From: a bacterium
GTDB lineage: Bacteria > Hinthialibacterota > Hinthialibacteria > Hinthialibacterales > Hinthialibacteraceae
NCBI GenBank assembly: GCA_963662285.2
Contig: CAXXMV010000006.1
Location: 608,001-672,000, forward strand
Direction of reading: 5' to 3'
DNA length: 64,000 bases
Shown here piece after piece: positions 21,144 to 31,766 of the stretch; within the stretch, counting starts at the first letter, position 1; every line of letters begins with the position of its first letter. Made by a program: the position numbers and the translations under genes. The notes beneath the pieces were generated by a model that worked only from the letters and a program-made list of their open reading frames with translations, made no database searches and was not told the DNA's origin.

Positions 21144-23864
21144 TTATGGACATTGAATGACCAAGCCTTCGGCGCTTGGTTGCACTCCGTTTACTAACGT
21201 CAATATTTTGTTGCTATTCTCATCAAAGGCTTTAAGATCGTAGGTATAGTTCAGGGGAATGCCGGACATTAGGAACTGGCCGTCGATCCCGGTTGGGGCT
21301 TGTGATGTAAGGCCTTTACCCCAGGGAAGCTGGGTCATGATCCAGACTCCTTGCTTGGGGATTCCATTGCTATCTTGAACCACGCCTGTCAAATATCCGG
21401 CTTTTTTTAAGGTGATCTCTACATACAAATCGGGACTATCATCTGAAGGTATATCCAATAGAAAATACTCGTTGTGGTATTCGGATATATACTTGGAACC
21501 CAAAAGTTCAAATTCGACCTCTCTCCATGGACTAAACGTGCTTAGCGTGATTTTACCGGGTTTTACGCCATTTATCACAAACGTTCCATCTTCAGACGGG
21601 GTAGCCGGAAACTTGAAATTATCTTGCGTCGCCGAAACGCTGATTCCATCAAGCGAGCCGTTATCCTCTGTTTTAATGATCCCGTTGATTCTCTTGGTGA
21701 ATAAGCTAGTATTCAATGTGATTTTAAGATCAGCGTGTTCTTCGCCAATATGAAAAGTAACGGGAATTTCGCCTTGCCCCAATGGAATGATCTTATCCTG
21801 AAGCACAGAAAAACCGGATTCTCCTGAAGGAGTGTATGGTATTACCTGAATCAGATTAGCCACAATATGGAAAGTGAATTCATATTGTTCCGGATCCACT
21901 CCTGCCGGGATTATGAGATCAAACTTGCCATCCTCATCGGTTGTAGGCGGTTGCGGTCCCAGCGTTTTGACCAATAATGGATTCTTACCGCGACGGTCTT
22001 CGATAGTCAATATCGCTCCTGGAACAGGTCTATTATTCTCATCGACCACCTGGCCTGTAAAGCGGGTGCGGGCAATTGGCGTGACTGGATACTCCAATCC
22101 TTCCACATCCTTATCATCAACAACAAATTCAAGATGCGGGATATTTGGAAGAGCCCCATTAGCACCAATAATGAAACGTATTGGGTGAGGCGCAAATTCC
22201 ATGTTTTCATCATAATCCAGATAGGATTTCAGCCAGTACGTTCCAGGATACACTTTGGTGAAAACGAAATTGCCTTCCGCATCAGTTTTAACTACTCCAT
22301 GAATGTAATTATTGGTGCTGTACATTTTCATTAATTCAACGGGGAAATCAGCTACGCCGGAATTATTATCTTTGCGTACAACCTTTCCAGAGACGGAGAA
22401 GCCAGCGTCTATTCGAACGGTGAAATTGTGACATGCGTTCTCGATTGTGACATTCTGTATAATGGTGGAAGCGGAATATTCTTCTGGGATTTGTGTTTTC
22501 ATCCGGTATGTTCCCCACTGGACAGGTTTTAGAATTACCATTCCTGTATTATCAGTGCTTCCTGAATAGATGCCTTTTCCCTTAGTAGCGGGGTTGCCGT
22601 CGGGAATCAAACTCACTTGCGCATTCTCAACCGCCCGGCCAAATGTCTCTTTAACGTGTTCAAGACCTGCCTTCTCTACATTCACAAAAACACGGCTGGA
22701 ATTAGAAATAGATAGTTTGGTATGCGCCTGGGTGGGAAGAAATGGCGCAATTATACTTCTCTGGCTGGCTTTACAGGCTTGAATGTAATAAATACCCGGC
22801 GCAAGACCTGTAAATATACATTGACCGTTGTTATCAGTTTTGCCTTGTTTGATCAATGTCCTCTCAGTTGGAACGGGGGGCATTCTAATATGGGAAAAAC
22901 ACTCTTTCCCTTCGTGAATAAAGCGGATCATTACTCTTTCCCACGAGGAAGAATATGTTTTTTCGGCCAACGAAAGAATATCCCAAATTCGCAGATTCGG
23001 GGAGGTTGGATTGGACATAGGCGTGTATTTGATCAACGCCTGTTTCATGACGTCCCGGTTCTCCGTCCAGCGGTTCGCTCCCCAGTTACATGAGTCCACA
23101 CCCGTGATCAGGTCATTAATAAAAGGTCTTAAACTGTATCCCTGGAAATATTTATTTTGCGCATCGGGTATCACTTTTTTGGGAATGGATGCAACGCGCA
23201 AAGCACCATGATCACGAGCGATAATAACGGTATCATAGGGAGTCGACTGATTTAATCCTTCAACTAAAACAGGAGTTTTGTTTCTTAAAGGTCTAGGCGG
23301 AGCATTTCCTTTCCAGAGGTAAACCTCCGCTCCGGGGCATGGAATTTTTTTATCTTTATCTGCATAGATAGTTACTCCATGGGAACTGGTATACTCCAAA
23401 ATGATAGAATATTCCCCGGTCTTGGATGGATCAAACGTTTCTGTAGCGGAAGAATATTCATCCGCCGAGGCGACCAGTTCGCAGGATTTTATTGGAATGT
23501 CTTCATGACGGAACAGACCGCCGTAAAAGGTATGTTGATTGCCTTGCAGAGTAATCACGCCCTTCTTCACAGGTTCACCCAGTGCATCCACAATCCGGAT
23601 GCGCAGGGCGCTTGGCAGCGGCGGCTTGGTGGAAGATTCGATAATGTTTGGCGCTGCGGTTGGCGGAATCGAAGCGTCAGTCGGTTGATTAACTGTTTGA
23701 GTATTGTTCTGAACTATGGGTTGAAACGGTTTGGAGGAAATCCTGACATTCGGTCCTGGAGGAAAGGGGCCTGTGGCATCTGGTTTGTCAGGCCAGAATA
23801 AAAAAGTTATGCAAAATACCAGAATTGTTACTACAGCGAGTAATATCCAGCATGACCTACTCAT
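21144..23864 (-). CDS. Membrane-anchored protein with carboxypeptidase-regulatory/Cna-B-like beta-sandwich repeats
   Basis: N-terminal TM segment, Pro-rich linker, repeated G.VVD..G.PV.GA and TD..G.F....L.PG.Y motifs. Confidence 0.7.
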   Translation of the reverse strand: MSRSCWILLAVVTILVFCITFLFWPDKPDATGPFPPGPNVRISSKPFQPIVQNNTQTVNQPTDASIPPTAAPNIIESSTKPPLPSALRIRIVDALGEPVKKGVITLQGNQHTFYGGLFRHEDIPIKSCELVASADEYSSATETFDPSKTGEYSIILEYTSSHGVTIYADKDKKIPCPGAEVYLWKGNAPPRPLRNKTPVLVEGLNQSTPYDTVIIARDHGALRVASIPKKVIPDAQNKYFQGYSLRPFINDLITGVDSCNWGANRWTENRDVMKQALIKYTPMSNPTSPNLRIWDILSLAEKTYSSSWERVMIRFIHEGKECFSHIRMPPVPTERTLIKQGKTDNNGQCIFTGLAPGIYYIQACKASQRSIIAPFLPTQAHTKLSISNSSRVFVNVEKAGLEHVKETFGRAVENAQVSLIPDGNPATKGKGIYSGSTDNTGMVILKPVQWGTYRMKTQIPEEYSASTIIQNVTIENACHNFTVRIDAGFSVSGKVVRKDNNSGVADFPVELMKMYSTNNYIHGVVKTDAEGNFVFTKVYPGTYWLKSYLDYDENMEFAPHPIRFIIGANGALPNIPHLEFVVDDKDVEGLEYPVTPIARTRFTGQVVDENNRPVPGAILTIEDRRGKNPLLVKTLGPQPPTTDEDGKFDLIIPAGVDPEQYEFTFHIVANLIQVIPYTPSGESGFSVLQDKIIPLGQGEIPVTFHIGEEHADLKITLNTSLFTKRINGIIKTEDNGSLDGISVSATQDNFKFPATPSEDGTFVINGVKPGKITLSTFSPWREVEFELLGSKYISEYHNEYFLLDIPSDDSPDLYVEITLKKAGYLTGVVQDSNGIPKQGVWIMTQLPWGKGLTSQAPTGIDGQFLMSGIPLNYTYDLKAFDENSNKILTLVNGVQPSAEGLVIQCP

Positions 23865-23957
23865 AGGAAAATCTCCTGGATGGAAGATGTATTAAGCGTC
23901 TATGATAGATTAACGATGGTTCAGTGTTATTTGATTAGTCTCCCTGCAAAGAATCTT

Positions 23958-24725
23958 CTAATATGGAAACGTTTCATTCATCTCCGCATCGGCCAATTCT
24001 TTAATATATTGCGAGATTCTATCAACCGCTGTATTGACGATCAATTCCCCTTTAGCGGCGGTGGCTTTTTTAGGGTTGCCAACACCCGAATTGGTAGTAA
24101 CGATATGCCAGGGGCGGGTGATTTGCGCCCAGCCTTTATTGATTGCGTCAAACTGTGATTGCTTCACCGCCCCGTCATCGGCGGCGGCCATTGCGACCAG
24201 TTCTGGATAGAGATAGAGCGCAACGCTGGTCTCCATCTCTTCAGCATGATCTCCACCGGGATGATCGAGCAGGTCATCATACAGGTCGCATGGTACTTTC
24301 CACCATTCTACCAGGCTCAAAAATACTTCTGTTTGACCATAAAGTTCACGCAGGGTATTCTTAAATCCATTACCGCCATGCCCGTTAAGGATGATCATTT
24401 TCCTTATGCCATGCGCTTCAACCGACTTGACCAGATCGCGTATCATCAGATCGAGCGTGGATGGATTGACCGACATGGTCATGGGAAAACCCATCAGGTT
24501 GCTATCCACGCCATAGGGCAGGCATGGCAGCAGAGCAACCTTGGCGCCCAGTTCATAGGCGCGTTGGCAAATTAGATCGCCCACTCTTTCAGTGGTCAAA
24601 GAGTCATTGCCATAGGGTAGGTGAAGGTTATGAGGCTCGGTGGCGCCTATGGGAAGCACCACTACTTCATAAGGATTATCTTTGACGAAGTTATAATTAG
24701 TATCAAGCAATTTCCAAGGTTTCAA
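23958..24725 (-). CDS. Creatininase/creatinine amidohydrolase family protein
   Basis: LPIGATEPHNLHLPYGND, NGHGGN, DHAEEMETS; probable TTG start at 24725 after GGAGG. Confidence 0.88.
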   Translation of the reverse strand: MKPWKLLDTNYNFVKDNPYEVVVLPIGATEPHNLHLPYGNDSLTTERVGDLICQRAYELGAKVALLPCLPYGVDSNLMGFPMTMSVNPSTLDLMIRDLVKSVEAHGIRKMIILNGHGGNGFKNTLRELYGQTEVFLSLVEWWKVPCDLYDDLLDHPGGDHAEEMETSVALYLYPELVAMAAADDGAVKQSQFDAINKGWAQITRPWHIVTTNSGVGNPKKATAAKGELIVNTAVDRISQYIKELADAEMNETFPY

Positions 24726-25233
24726 GATAACGCCTCCAGGCGGCTTCGATTTGATCAAGGCAATCCCTAAATGAATATTGCGCCGTGTCGATCTCTACAT
24801 CGGCGGCGGATTGATACATGGGAGTGCGTTCTTCAAGCACTTCGATTATCTCATCAGTAGTCGATTTGGCGCCGGTTAAAGACGGCCTGTTCTGATCGCC
24901 GCCGATGCGCCGGGCGATAGTGACCGGATCGGCTTGCAACCAGACCACGAAACCCTTGCGCTTCAGGAATTGCATATTTTGTTCACGGGTGACGACGCCC
25001 CCGCCGCAGTCTATGATTACGCCGCTCTTATTACTCAACTCTTCGGCCAGTTTTTGTTCTGCATCGCGGAATGAGGGCCAGCCATTTTTTTCTACATACG
25101 CGGCGATCTTTTCGCCAAAGCGTTCTTCGAGCATGGCGTCCATGTGATGTACAGGCATTCCCAGTCTTTTACCCATTGAGTTACTGAGAGTTGATTTGCC
25201 GGTTCCTCTATATCCAATTAATACCAGATTCAT
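24703..25233 (-). CDS. aroK: Shikimate kinase
   Basis: LIGYRGTGKST P-loop, FRDAE, CGGG, RPSL, R.PMY; ATG overlaps the aroE stop (TAATG). Confidence 0.92.
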   Translation of the reverse strand: MNLVLIGYRGTGKSTLSNSMGKRLGMPVHHMDAMLEERFGEKIAAYVEKNGWPSFRDAEQKLAEELSNKSGVIIDCGGGVVTREQNMQFLKRKGFVVWLQADPVTIARRIGGDQNRPSLTGAKSTTDEIIEVLEERTPMYQSAADVEIDTAQYSFRDCLDQIEAAWRRYLETLEIA

Positions 25234-26096
25234 TATCGTCCCAAAGCGCTTTCCACCGCATGCAGCATGACGTCGACTGGCGGTTGTTTTTCTGTCCATA
25301 AACGAAACTGTTCGGCGCCCTGGTTGACGAACATGGGCACGCCGTTGATGATCCGGGCTGAGCGTTTTTCCGCCCGCTGCAAGAGAAGGGTTTTGGCCGG
25401 ATTGTATATTACATCGAAGACCAAGTGACGTTCGGACAGCATCGATTCTTCAACCAGGCACTCATCCACCTTGGGAGACATGCCGATAGGAGTTGTGTTG
25501 ATGATTATATCGGATTGGCTTAATACATTGCTTATATCATCAGGTTTCAGCGATGCGGCGGTAATGGGAATTTCGGTGCATTTTCGGATATCATCAATTA
25601 AATCCTGAGCCATTTGCTTGTCTTCATCTCTGTGCAGGAAAGCAATATTCCTGGGTGAGCGTTCGCAGGCTATAGTAAAAGCAACTCCCCGCGCCGCTCC
25701 TCCGACGCCTAAAAAGGCGATGCTTTTGCCATCGGTTTTATCCAGTTTTTCAATGGCGTTGAGCGCTCCAAAACCATCCGTATTGGTTCCAATCAGGCGC
25801 CCGTTGTTATTGGTGACAGTATTGACGGCGCCGATCCGCTTGGCTAAAGGCGTGATTTCATCAAGGTATTTCATTACCTCAACTTTATGTGGAATGGTAA
25901 CGGAAAGCCCTTTTACGCCGAAACCTCGAACGCCTTCAATGGCTTGTCCCACGTCTTTGACATTAAAAGCGACGTAGGCGAAATCCAATCCAAGCGCCTG
26001 GAAAGCGGCGTTATGCATCAGTGGTGATAGAGAATGCTCGATGGGATCGCCGATGACGGCGCAGACTTTGGTTGATCCTTTGATAGCAAGATTCAT
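25233..26096 (-). CDS. aroE: Shikimate dehydrogenase
   Basis: GDPIEHSLSP, SVTIPHK, GAVNT, NTDG, GVGGAARG, NTTPIGM, QGAEQF. Confidence 0.95.
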   Translation of the reverse strand: MNLAIKGSTKVCAVIGDPIEHSLSPLMHNAAFQALGLDFAYVAFNVKDVGQAIEGVRGFGVKGLSVTIPHKVEVMKYLDEITPLAKRIGAVNTVTNNNGRLIGTNTDGFGALNAIEKLDKTDGKSIAFLGVGGAARGVAFTIACERSPRNIAFLHRDEDKQMAQDLIDDIRKCTEIPITAASLKPDDISNVLSQSDIIINTTPIGMSPKVDECLVEESMLSERHLVFDVIYNPAKTLLLQRAEKRSARIINGVPMFVNQGAEQFRLWTEKQPPVDVMLHAVESALGR

Positions 26097-26210
26097 ATTT
26101 AATAATCCCCTGGGGCAAAATTAAGCAATGGTGTAAACCATTGAACGCACGTAGTATGTAGAATAGGTCAGTCTTTGTGCGATGACAAATTGTAAATGAG
26201 TTCATTAAAT

Positions 26211-26243
26211 AAAAAAACCCCAGGATAATCTCCATGGGGTTTT
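26211..26243 (-). terminator. Probable rpoD terminator
   Basis: AAAACCCCA...TGGGGTTTT stem followed by a T-tract on the minus strand. Confidence 0.6.
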
Positions 26244-26273
26244 GATGTTATCAAAAAAAAAAACGAGAATTAA

Positions 26274-28037
26274 TCATTCAACAAAGTCGCGCAGTTTTTT
26301 GCTGCGAATGGGATGACGCAATTTACGCAAAGCTTTGGTTTCTATTTGGCGGACGCGCTCACGGGTGACGCCGAAACGGTTGCCGACTTCTTCAAGAGTT
26401 CGTTCATAACCATCGCAAATGCCGAAACGTAAACGCAGCACCGATTCTTCGCGTTCGGTTAAGGTTTTGAGCACAATTTCCAACTGCTCATCCATGATGT
26501 GATCTGACGTACAGAGAGAAGGTGATGTAATTGATTTGTCTTCAATAAAGTCGCCGAAATGGGTATCGCCTTCATCGCCAACCGGCATCTCCAGGGATAT
26601 GGGTTGTTGAGCGATTTTGAATACGCCTTGCACCTTATCGACCGGCAGACAAATATGTAGGGCAATTTCGTCCGGAGTAGGTTCACGTCCGTATTCCTGC
26701 ACCAGTTTCCTCGATATACGGGACATCTTGTTTATGGTTTCGATCATGTGAACCGGGATGCGAATGGTTCTGGCCTGATCGGCGATAGCGCGGGTTACTG
26801 CTTGTCTGATCCACCAGGTTGCGTAGGTGCTGAACTTGTAACCCCGCCGGTATTCAAATTTATCAACCGCACGCATCAAGCCAATGTTGCCTTCCTGGAT
26901 CAAGTCAAGAAATTGCAAACCACGGTTGGTGTAGTTTTTCGCTATAGAAACGACCAGACGGAGATTGGCTTTAACCACATCCATCTTGGCTAAATGGGCG
27001 ATGTTCTCCCCATCTTTGATCATATCGGCGATTTTTTCGAGTTTGTCCAGAGGATCCTCTAGTTCTTTTTTGCATCGCGCCAAACGGTCGGCGGCGCGGG
27101 TAAGTTTTTTACAGATTGCGATCAATTCATCGCGACTTTTGCCGGTGCGTTTTTCCAACTCGCTTTTACCAAAACTGGTATAGCGTAGTTTTTTAAATAG
27201 ATCTGCAATTTCAGGGAATTTTATATCAAGATTTTTTTCAACAGTCTGGATATCCCATTGTGAATCAACAATCCTATTATGAATCGTAAGAATCTTTTTG
27301 GCGATTTTGCCTATTACTTCATGATCGATTCTCATAGAGATGAGAAGATTGCCAAGGTGAATTTTTTTACCGATAATTTTGGGTCGGTTTTGTTTGGCGC
27401 TTTTACGTTCTAATTTCTGAATATCGAGGTGTTCGTTCTCTAATTGAGTAAGTTTATCGCGTAAGTCTTTGATGATGTTTATGCGGTCTTCTTCATCAAA
27501 ATCTTCTTTAAGATCGAAATTCTGAATAATCTGTTCAACGCGCGAGTTTTTGTGTTCCAGATTCTCTACGATTGACTTGATTTCTTTAAGAGCGCTGTTG
27601 CTCAGAGCGAGCGCCCGGCAAATCTTAAAATGGCCTGACTCGATCTTTTTGGCGAGTTCGATTTCCTGTTCGCGATCCAATAGCGGAACGCGTCCCATTT
27701 CGCGTAGATACAGCCGTACCGGATCATCTACCTTGGATCGCTCTTCTACGACTGTTATCTGCTCTTGTTCCGGCTCCTGCTCGCTATTAACCACAGAAAG
27801 TGTCTTTATCGGGCTTTCGGAACGGGCAAGTTCAGATAACTCTTCGACGACTGGTATATCAAGATCATGCATAACTATGAACATATCGTCGAGGTCATCG
27901 ACGCTCATAGTCTCATCAGTGATCATTTGGTTAACATCGTCGAATGTCAGGCGGCCATTTCTCTCCCCAAGTTCAATTAATTTTTTAAATTTCGCGCTTT
28001 GTTGCTGTCGTTCTGCACTAGCTGCTTGCTTTATCAT
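26274..28037 (-). CDS. rpoD: RNA polymerase sigma factor RpoD (group 1 sigma70)
   Basis: Region 1.1, [53 protein letters not shown]. Confidence 0.96.
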   Translation of the reverse strand: MIKQAASAERQQQSAKFKKLIELGERNGRLTFDDVNQMITDETMSVDDLDDMFIVMHDLDIPVVEELSELARSESPIKTLSVVNSEQEPEQEQITVVEERSKVDDPVRLYLREMGRVPLLDREQEIELAKKIESGHFKICRALALSNSALKEIKSIVENLEHKNSRVEQIIQNFDLKEDFDEEDRINIIKDLRDKLTQLENEHLDIQKLERKSAKQNRPKIIGKKIHLGNLLISMRIDHEVIGKIAKKILTIHNRIVDSQWDIQTVEKNLDIKFPEIADLFKKLRYTSFGKSELEKRTGKSRDELIAICKKLTRAADRLARCKKELEDPLDKLEKIADMIKDGENIAHLAKMDVVKANLRLVVSIAKNYTNRGLQFLDLIQEGNIGLMRAVDKFEYRRGYKFSTYATWWIRQAVTRAIADQARTIRIPVHMIETINKMSRISRKLVQEYGREPTPDEIALHICLPVDKVQGVFKIAQQPISLEMPVGDEGDTHFGDFIEDKSITSPSLCTSDHIMDEQLEIVLKTLTEREESVLRLRFGICDGYERTLEEVGNRFGVTRERVRQIETKALRKLRHPIRSKKLRDFVE

Positions 28038-28361
28038 AAAAACATTCTCCCAAAAGGCAATAATTAGATATTATAACCTCTAGACAATGAAATGATCTGT
28101 TGTGATATGAGACCAATCAAACGCGAATAGCAAATTATAGGGCGCCTATAATTTGGGGGATTAAGAAGATATGCGGTTAAACGACGAGCGTGATAACCGT
28201 AAAAAGATAGACGTGTCTTCTCCCGAAACACATCCCATTTCAATATAAAAAAACTAAATAGAATCACAAGATTCTCTCCGAACGTCTAAGGTGCGTGTAG
28301 TTCATTGAGAAAGAATAAATGAAGTATAGTCACGAGTTTAAAAACAAGCAAGAGTTTTATG

Positions 28362-29414
28362 TCAGGTTTTCAATCTCCTCAAACATTCGTCTATAACCTT
28401 ACAGGTGAATTCATCAGTTGAACAACTGCCCCCCAAGTCTGGAGTTGATTCACCATCAACCAGAATCTTCAAAGTTGCGTCTCTTAATTGCTCACCAAGA
28501 GTATTTTCTCCCAATGCTTCGAATAGCAGCGATACCGCAATAATGATGGCTGTTGGATTACAGATGTTCTTGCCCGCAATATCCGGCGCCGTGCCTCCAG
28601 CAGGATCAAACATGGCCAGACGAATCGATCCATCTGGATTGAAAGAATAATTACCGCTTCCTCCTATACCTAACGATCCGACCAGTCCACACGCCATATC
28701 TGACAAAAAGTCGCCGTATTCGTTTAGAACTACTATCACGCCATAATCAGATGGCGTGATAATTATTTTGGCCAACAGCGCATCGAAGAGCTCTTTGCGA
28801 TGGATTACTTCAGGAAACTCCTTTGACATATCATTGATTACATCTTGGAATAAACCATCGGTGACGGACTGGATTGTATATTTTGAAGCTGAGGTCAATT
28901 CTTTCTTTTTGGATTGGGCCAGTTTGTATGCAAAACGAGACGCTTCTTCGCAAGGCTTTCTCTCCACTACCCGGATAGATACTGCAGCATCGTCTCCTAT
29001 CATTCTACCGGGATCTTCATAAGTGCCTCCGGTTGCAATACGGACGATATCAAAATCTATTGGTTGGTTGAAATTTGTTTTTACGCCAGGGATGGAAACC
29101 ACCGGTCGATGAATCACGCTGAAGTTGCATATTCGGCGCAGGATGGCATTGGGGCTTTCTAATTCAGTAACGGTTGGATATTTGATCGCAAATTTGGTTT
29201 GGTTTATGAATTCTTCTGCTTCATCGTATACTTTTCTTCCATTTATCTTGCGGTTTTCAAGGCTTAAATCAACCTGTTGCAATTCAACATCTATTGGCAA
29301 TTCCTGCATGATAGTGTGGACGCAATGACTTAGTTCTGGTCCAATACCGTCGCCTAAAAACTCTGAAATGACATAGGACATTTTTTTCACCGAATTAGAT
29401 TCAATTTTATTCAC
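28362..29414 (-). CDS. Isocitrate/isopropylmalate (beta-decarboxylating) dehydrogenase family
   Basis: GDGIGPE, SPNAILR, NEYGDFLSD, GTAPDIAGKNICNP; true start may be MSYVI. Confidence 0.85.
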   Translation of the reverse strand: MNKIESNSVKKMSYVISEFLGDGIGPELSHCVHTIMQELPIDVELQQVDLSLENRKINGRKVYDEAEEFINQTKFAIKYPTVTELESPNAILRRICNFSVIHRPVVSIPGVKTNFNQPIDFDIVRIATGGTYEDPGRMIGDDAAVSIRVVERKPCEEASRFAYKLAQSKKKELTSASKYTIQSVTDGLFQDVINDMSKEFPEVIHRKELFDALLAKIIITPSDYGVIVVLNEYGDFLSDMACGLVGSLGIGGSGNYSFNPDGSIRLAMFDPAGGTAPDIAGKNICNPTAIIIAVSLLFEALGENTLGEQLRDATLKILVDGESTPDLGGSCSTDEFTCKVIDECLRRLKT

Positions 29415-29501
29415 CCCTATATTTTACTTGAAAATCCAGATATATGACTATACCAAATTCTGAATCGCTTGGGTTGTTGTCTGAAAAGCAACAGTCAACC
29501 T

Positions 29502-31019
29502 TTAGCGGTGGTTAGATGAAGCGCTCTGAACCGGCAGCGGGAAGACGCCGTAGGATGATTTATAGCGGGGCAGCAAGTTAATTACGCGACCGGCAGGAGA
29601 GATCACTCCCGTAATTCCAGTATTGGCTGCACGGACAACATAGAGACCGTTTTCCGCCGCTCTAAAACAGCATTGGCTAAGATGCTGTTCTAATCCAGCT
29701 GATCTTTTATACCATGCGTCGTTAGTGATATTGACAAAAAATTCCGCGCCTTGCTTTTTGGCATGACGCCATAACTGAGGCAGGGTGGATTCAAAGCAGA
29801 TGGTTACGGCGAAACGCATTCCGTTTCTTAATTTGAATATGGTTATTTCTGCGCCGGGTTGAAAGATTCCCGCGCCCGATTCTTCAATCAGCGTCTCAAT
29901 CAAATTGAAGGGCCAATATTTTCCCAAAGGTATCCATTCACCAAAAGGCACCAGATGGTTCTTGGCGTATGAAGGAACCGATGAGATATCGATTGTGCTG
30001 CCTTTTAAGTCAAAAGAATTGCCTGGAGAAAACAGGTAGGCTTTATTCCAGAATTTCCATTTTTTATCTGTGGTATATAAACCACTGACCGAACCGATAA
30101 GCAGTTCTACATCGAACCTGTCAGCGAACTGCTGGATTTGAGTCACTCCTTCCGGCCAATATTCCAGCGGCATGGTGATAGTGCTTTCAGGCCAGACAAT
30201 CAGATCGGGCGATTGATTGATTGATTGTCCAGATAATGACAGGTAGGTTTCCAGGGTTTTTTCCACTGTTGCGGTCTCTTTTTCATGCTGCTCAAAACCG
30301 CCCTGGATTAACGCCACGCGTAGAGGTTTGCTGGTGGCAGAGTTATTTGAATTGCTGTTGATGGCGAATATTCCATAAATTCCGATGAGCACCAATAAAC
30401 CCAAAAATCCCGCTAAAAATATTTTTTGAAAACGCATCCGGGCGGAAGATATGATTTCAGATGAGGCATTAATTCTTCGACAGACTGACCATCGACAGAT
30501 GCCATCCGCAATGGAAGCGTTCAATCCGACAATAATGAAAGAAAGCCCTGGAACTCCAATCCAAAATACCGAAGTCATCATCACCGTATTGGGATAAAAA
30601 CTATGCCCCAGGTAGCCCCAGGCAAAAGATAGTGGACCCAATGATCGTATATACTCAACCATAAACCAGATCAATCCAGCTATAGGAATCCAAAACGAAT
30701 AACGTTTGCACCAACCAATAGCCATGCATTGGCATGATTGGTAAACCGATAAAACAATTACCAGGGTCAGCATGCCGCCAGTAGTTACATGATGAAGCCA
30801 GTAGAGTAGACCGAGATGAAAGGTGATGCCGAACAGCAATCCCATCTCGGCATTGATGCGCAACCGATCAGGTTGCAATCGAGTTAAAAGGGGAATCAGA
30901 GCTACAAAAACAATGGGGGGAAAATGGAAAGGTGGAAAAGCAGAAACCAGAAGGACGCCGGATAGAAAGGCGGCCAAGGCGTCACTCCAATGAAGGTTCG
31001 GCGTCAAGTTGTGAATCAT
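29502..31019 (-). CDS. lnt: Apolipoprotein N-acyltransferase
   Basis: TM N-terminus; QG, WPES, K.HLVPFGE, ICFES, TNDAW, RAAENG, RAANTGIT; start uncertain (31019-31082). Confidence 0.93.
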   Translation of the reverse strand: MIHNLTPNLHWSDALAAFLSGVLLVSAFPPFHFPPIVFVALIPLLTRLQPDRLRINAEMGLLFGITFHLGLLYWLHHVTTGGMLTLVIVLSVYQSCQCMAIGWCKRYSFWIPIAGLIWFMVEYIRSLGPLSFAWGYLGHSFYPNTVMMTSVFWIGVPGLSFIIVGLNASIADGICRWSVCRRINASSEIISSARMRFQKIFLAGFLGLLVLIGIYGIFAINSNSNNSATSKPLRVALIQGGFEQHEKETATVEKTLETYLSLSGQSINQSPDLIVWPESTITMPLEYWPEGVTQIQQFADRFDVELLIGSVSGLYTTDKKWKFWNKAYLFSPGNSFDLKGSTIDISSVPSYAKNHLVPFGEWIPLGKYWPFNLIETLIEESGAGIFQPGAEITIFKLRNGMRFAVTICFESTLPQLWRHAKKQGAEFFVNITNDAWYKRSAGLEQHLSQCCFRAAENGLYVVRAANTGITGVISPAGRVINLLPRYKSSYGVFPLPVQSASSNHR

Positions 31020-31200
31020 CTTCATCAATAAGGATTTCATCACTGATTTTATAGTCTCCCGAAAACCAACTGTTGAGATCAACCATCTTACAATGTTTGC
31101 TGCAAAAAGGATAATAAGGATGATCCTTATCTTCTATAAAGGACTTCCCACATGTTCTGCATAAAGATATTTGCGCATCAGCTTTGGTTTTTTTTTCCAT
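30982..31200 (-). CDS. yacG: DNA gyrase inhibitor YacG
   Basis: CRTCGK...YPFCSKHCKMVDLNSW. Confidence 0.9.
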   Translation of the reverse strand: MEKKTKADAQISLCRTCGKSFIEDKDHPYYPFCSKHCKMVDLNSWFSGDYKISDEILIDEDDSQLDAEPSLE

Positions 31201-31332
31201 GACTTTAACTCCTGATCATTATTCTAATCAACCGCCTTCTTACGAAAAGAGAAAGAGCGCTAATTTTTTCATAATAAGTAAAAATTTAAGGTATAATGAT
31301 AATATAAGGTCCTTCACCAAAGGAGGCGAATC

Positions 31333-31599
31333 ATGATGAGATATGAAGAAGTTTTACTTTGGGCGCTGGTTGTTTTGTTGGTGGTTTTTTCATTAACGAC
31401 TGGACGGGAGTTGTTCAGATTCATAAAAAGTGGTTTTCGTCATGCAATCAACGTGTGGAAATGGCAGCCTTTTGTCGGCTTCATTTCAGGTGATGTAAAA
31501 AAGCGTAAACATCATAACGCAGCAGAATCTGAAATGGGAATGCATTACCACCAAGGAAGCAAAAAACATACCTTTCCAAAAGCACGTAGAATTACCTGA
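31333..31599 (+). CDS. Small membrane-anchored hypothetical protein
   Basis: Strong RBS AAGGAGG; hydrophobic N-terminal helix; followed by a hairpin. Confidence 0.6.
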   Translation: MMRYEEVLLWALVVLLVVFSLTTGRELFRFIKSGFRHAINVWKWQPFVGFISGDVKKRKHHNAAESEMGMHYHQGSKKHTFPKARRIT

Positions 31600-31629
31600 T
31601 TTTATTAGATTTCAAGTTATAGAGCGAGC

Positions 31630-31670
31630 AAACAGCGATTCTATCGAATGAGTAGGGTCGCTGTTTTGTT
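31630..31670 (+). terminator. Probable terminator
   Basis: AAACAGCGATTCTA...TAGGGTCGCTGTTT, then TGTT. Confidence 0.55.
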
Positions 31671-31766
31671 ATGAATAACAATATGGATTATTTAATTATG
31701 TCTTAACAATCAGGTGATTAGATGATAGTGTTTAAAAACATAATTTTTATTCTTAAGAGGAAACTA

